Shown here: in pieces, positions 19,112 through 21,368 of the stretch
Layout of the letters: each line of letters begins with the position of its first letter
How positions within the stretch are numbered: the first letter of the stretch is position 1
Assembly: GCA_043818055.1 (NCBI GenBank)
Contig: JBDRGF010000037.1
Span: 1 to 21,368, forward strand
Length of the DNA stretch: 21,368 bases
Source: Pseudomonadota bacterium
GTDB taxonomy: Bacteria; UBA10199; 2-02-FULL-44-16; JBDRGF01
Direction of reading: 5' to 3'
The notes under the pieces: model-generated
Told to the model about the DNA's origin: nothing
The model's input: the letters and a program-made list of their open reading frames with translations, nothing else
The model's database searches: none
Translations under genes and position numbers: made by a program

Positions 19112-19495
19112 ATGAGCGAGATCAAAAGAGATCACTCTACTGCCTTTAAAAGAGTCGGCAACACCTATGGTGAGAGGAAGAATCTGGAAAGAATGGCGCC
19201 TGCCAAGCCTGAAGCATCTAGTGATAAAACAGTAGATAACCGTCCTAAAATTAACGATATTTCACAGTTCAAGTCTGACGACATCTATCGCAAGGCAAAT
19301 GTGAAAAGCCCGGTTCCATACAGGGGTGCCAGGCTTCACTACCAGCAGGAGGGACAGATCTCCAAGGCACGTTCGAACGCAAAACGACCCTCTGATGACA
19401 AGCTCAACGGCTTCCTTTCGAAGGTAATTCAAACCCCCACCCTTCATACTCAAAGATCGATCCTCGCAGCCAAAAAAGTGGTCAAAGGAAAATAA
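19112..19495 (+). CDS. Basic, probably disordered hypothetical protein
   Basis: 127-aa ORF with GAGGAG SD; hydrophilic and K/R/S-rich. Confidence 0.65.
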   Translation: MSEIKRDHSTAFKRVGNTYGERKNLERMAPAKPEASSDKTVDNRPKINDISQFKSDDIYRKANVKSPVPYRGARLHYQQEGQISKARSNAKRPSDDKLNGFLSKVIQTPTLHTQRSILAAKKVVKGK

Positions 19496-19580
19496 TTTAC
19501 AACTTTTCAATTTCACTTTGGCTTTAAACCTGCGGCATCAATAAAGGCATCGAGGCTTCCATATTGAAAAGCTTATAGCT

Positions 19581-20090
19581 TATATAGGAACTTTCTGAAA
19601 AAGTGGACGGGATATAAAAACCAAAATTGGTATGATTTCGAAGGATTTTGCAGCTATTTTTTCAAAAAATATCGGTGATGCATTTAAAAACAACGATTTT
19701 TTATAAAATGAGAGATGAAGAATTTGCTATCGATTCGATTCGGCGATGACGATTTGGCATTTTAAACGCACTTACCACAGCTTGGACAGAAGAGCCGTGT
19801 TTTACATGAGAAGGGAACGGAAATTGAGTCTCCACATGTGGAACACTCGAAACGAGCGACTCCCTCCCTTGGATCGCCACAGAGGAGATAGCGATTGACG
19901 GTATGAGTGATGATCTTACGAAGTCTTCCATAGTGTTCTGAGTAGATGCGTTGATACTCAGATTGAAAGATCTCAAAATGACGATAGACAATCTGAAACA
20001 GTACACTTCTGTCGAATTGTCGTGGTGTGTATTTGAGTTGCACTCAATAAAGTGGAAGCAAGAGTTGTGCCGTTTTTGAAATCTTGCAGA
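19581..20090 (-). mobile_element. Internally deleted (~0.5 kb) IS91-family element; oriIS-like copy 3 at 19581-19637
   Basis: Transposase zinc-binding fragment upstream of the oriIS motif in the canonical orientation; left boundary estimated from the gcaaga...tcttgc inverted repeat at 20058-20087. Confidence 0.75.
19762..20043 (-). pseudogene. IS91-family transposase zinc-binding N-terminal domain only
   Basis: YLLCGDPREGVARFECSTCG...VPFSCKTRLFCPSCG then stop; the HUH/Y2 catalytic domain is absent. Confidence 0.9.
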
Positions 20091-20138
20091 ACCAACATGT
20101 TACAACTCCTTGCCACCATAGAACCGTCCGAAAATCGA

Positions 20139-20366
20139 TCACACTGTCCGATTTCCAGGATATGAGAGATTACCCTCTCTCTGGCTTCTCAAGCTTGAAA
20201 GCTTTGCTGTCGCCATCGTCACCGGCAAAATTATTATCAGGGCAACTGCGGCAATTACACCTATGAGCGCATAAGTCTGCTCCTTCGATGACATACCGAG
20301 ATATGTGTTATAGAGATTCGCAGGATTTAATTGATCCAGCTCAATATTTCCAAGTTTAAAGGCCAT
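20139..20366 (-). pseudogene. Probable GspM-like T2SS protein, N-terminal fragment (break near 20185)
   Basis: Directly follows gspL; GMSSKEQ plus TM helix resembles the LSxRE-TM start of GspM; ends shortly after the helix. Confidence 0.55.
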
Positions 20367-21255
20367 CTATTTTTTCTTTGTCCTCTTCGTCTTCTTTGTC
20401 TTCTTTTTTTCAACCTCACCCACATTCATATTTAAATCGAACTTAATTTCACCTCTAACTCCCTTTCTCACATTGCCTGACCGAACATTGTGAAAAAGAG
20501 GTGATGCCTCAAGAGCCACTTTTATTCTGTCAACAGATTCAAAGGAATCTGTCCGGCCTGAAAGAGCAACCCTTCCCTGCTTTATATTCAGGGAATCAAC
20601 ATCTATTGTAACTTCTTTTCTCTTTGGAACAGCCAACGAAATCTGTCTTAAAATATCGAGCGGGGAGATTCCTACGCCCTCTTTCAATTTCTCTGCTTTC
20701 TCATTTGCATCCTTTTCCTGAAGTTTCAAATAGGATAGCGCTGCGCCTGGTGTTTTCATTGAACGCTTTGGAGTGTTTGGCAAAGACTGTTCCATTAAAG
20801 CTGTAACTTGAGAATTAATACTGTTAACCTTCCCTTTTAAATAATAATAGCTCACGCCAAAATTGATTAGGGCTAGAAAGACCAAAACCAAAACCGAAAT
20901 AACAATACGCTTAATATTTCCACCCAGCTCCTCAACATCACCTTTAAAAGCAAATTCACCCTGTCTAAAATTGATGCTCGAGCTTCCTCCCGCTGCAACG
21001 CCTTTCAAAGCTAAAGACAAGGCTGCGGGAATAACGTGGCGATGCGCATCACTACGCTCAAAATGACTAAAATGAAAATCTGAAACATTGAGATATGCAA
21101 CGTTGAGCTTTAATACGTCTGAGAGATATTGATCTATTCCGGGAAGACGAGAGGTTCCACCACAGATAAAAACACCTTCGATATTCAGATCCTCCATGTC
21201 GCGATAGGCAAAAAAGGTCTGTCTTAACCCAAGTTGACCAGTTAACGGTCTAATA
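20367..21255 (-). pseudogene. gspL: T2SS GspL (PilM/PilN-like fusion), 5'-truncated
   Basis: VFICGGTSRLPGIDQYL, ALSLAL, INFRQGEFAF, TM helix, PilN-like VALSGRTDSFESVDRIKVALEASPLFHNV. The frame extends upstream of ATG 21197 (LGLRQTFFAYRD) to a stop at 21330-32 with no start codon, so most of the actin-like domain is missing. Confidence 0.7.
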
Positions 21256-21368
21256 GAGAAAAATTCATTTTTTTCAATTTTGTATATACCTAAAAAATAA
21301 GGAAGTAATTTTTGTGAAGGGTTTAAAACTCAATGTAGTGGAGACCTGCCCCATTGATTTTGCTGCTG

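Noticed and set aside
6680..19637. The 50-bp repeat as a CRISPR repeat or integron attC site
   Set aside because: Copies are kilobases apart, not palindromic, with no cas or intI gene; it fits an IS91 oriIS instead.
19701..20006. 101-aa minus-strand ORF as an overlapping gene
   Set aside because: Alternate frame of the IS91 transposase fragment with no independent support.
1..21368. Whole window using genetic code 4 or 25
   Set aside because: radA and the TPR gene end at TGA at plausible positions, and the long conserved genes have no internal TGA.

Overview
A mosaic bacterial window made of intact genes mixed with many short gene and IS remnants that join abruptly. Apparently intact genes are a membrane-anchored zinc-ribbon Ser/Thr kinase, a TPR-like protein, ATP-dependent pfkA, a HEAT-repeat protein, two paralogous ~150-aa orphan proteins, radA and a few orphans. 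Broken genes include a large surface protein (3 Cys-containing Ig-like repeats, TSP3 repeats and an F5/8-like domain; missed by the ORF track), an HExxH protein, a transglutaminase-like protein, glnA, a PQ-loop-like protein, gspL and gspM. Main unexplained structures: (1) three co-oriented, near-identical 50-57 bp IS91/ISCR oriIS-like ends, only one attached to an internally deleted IS91 transposase and the other two fused to IS256-family pieces; (2) a diverged second copy of the radA 5' end that brackets a single-ORF ~740 bp insert; (3) four in-frame stops without frameshifts in three genes, three of them TGA and one at a conserved Gly position (TGA=Gly recoding or G-to-T mutation); (4) an orphan paralog pair with identically spaced leaderless-type promoters. 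Real genomic decay cannot be distinguished from assembly or amplification chimerism using sequence alone. All family calls come from motif recognition, not database searches. No rRNA, tRNA or CRISPR array was seen.
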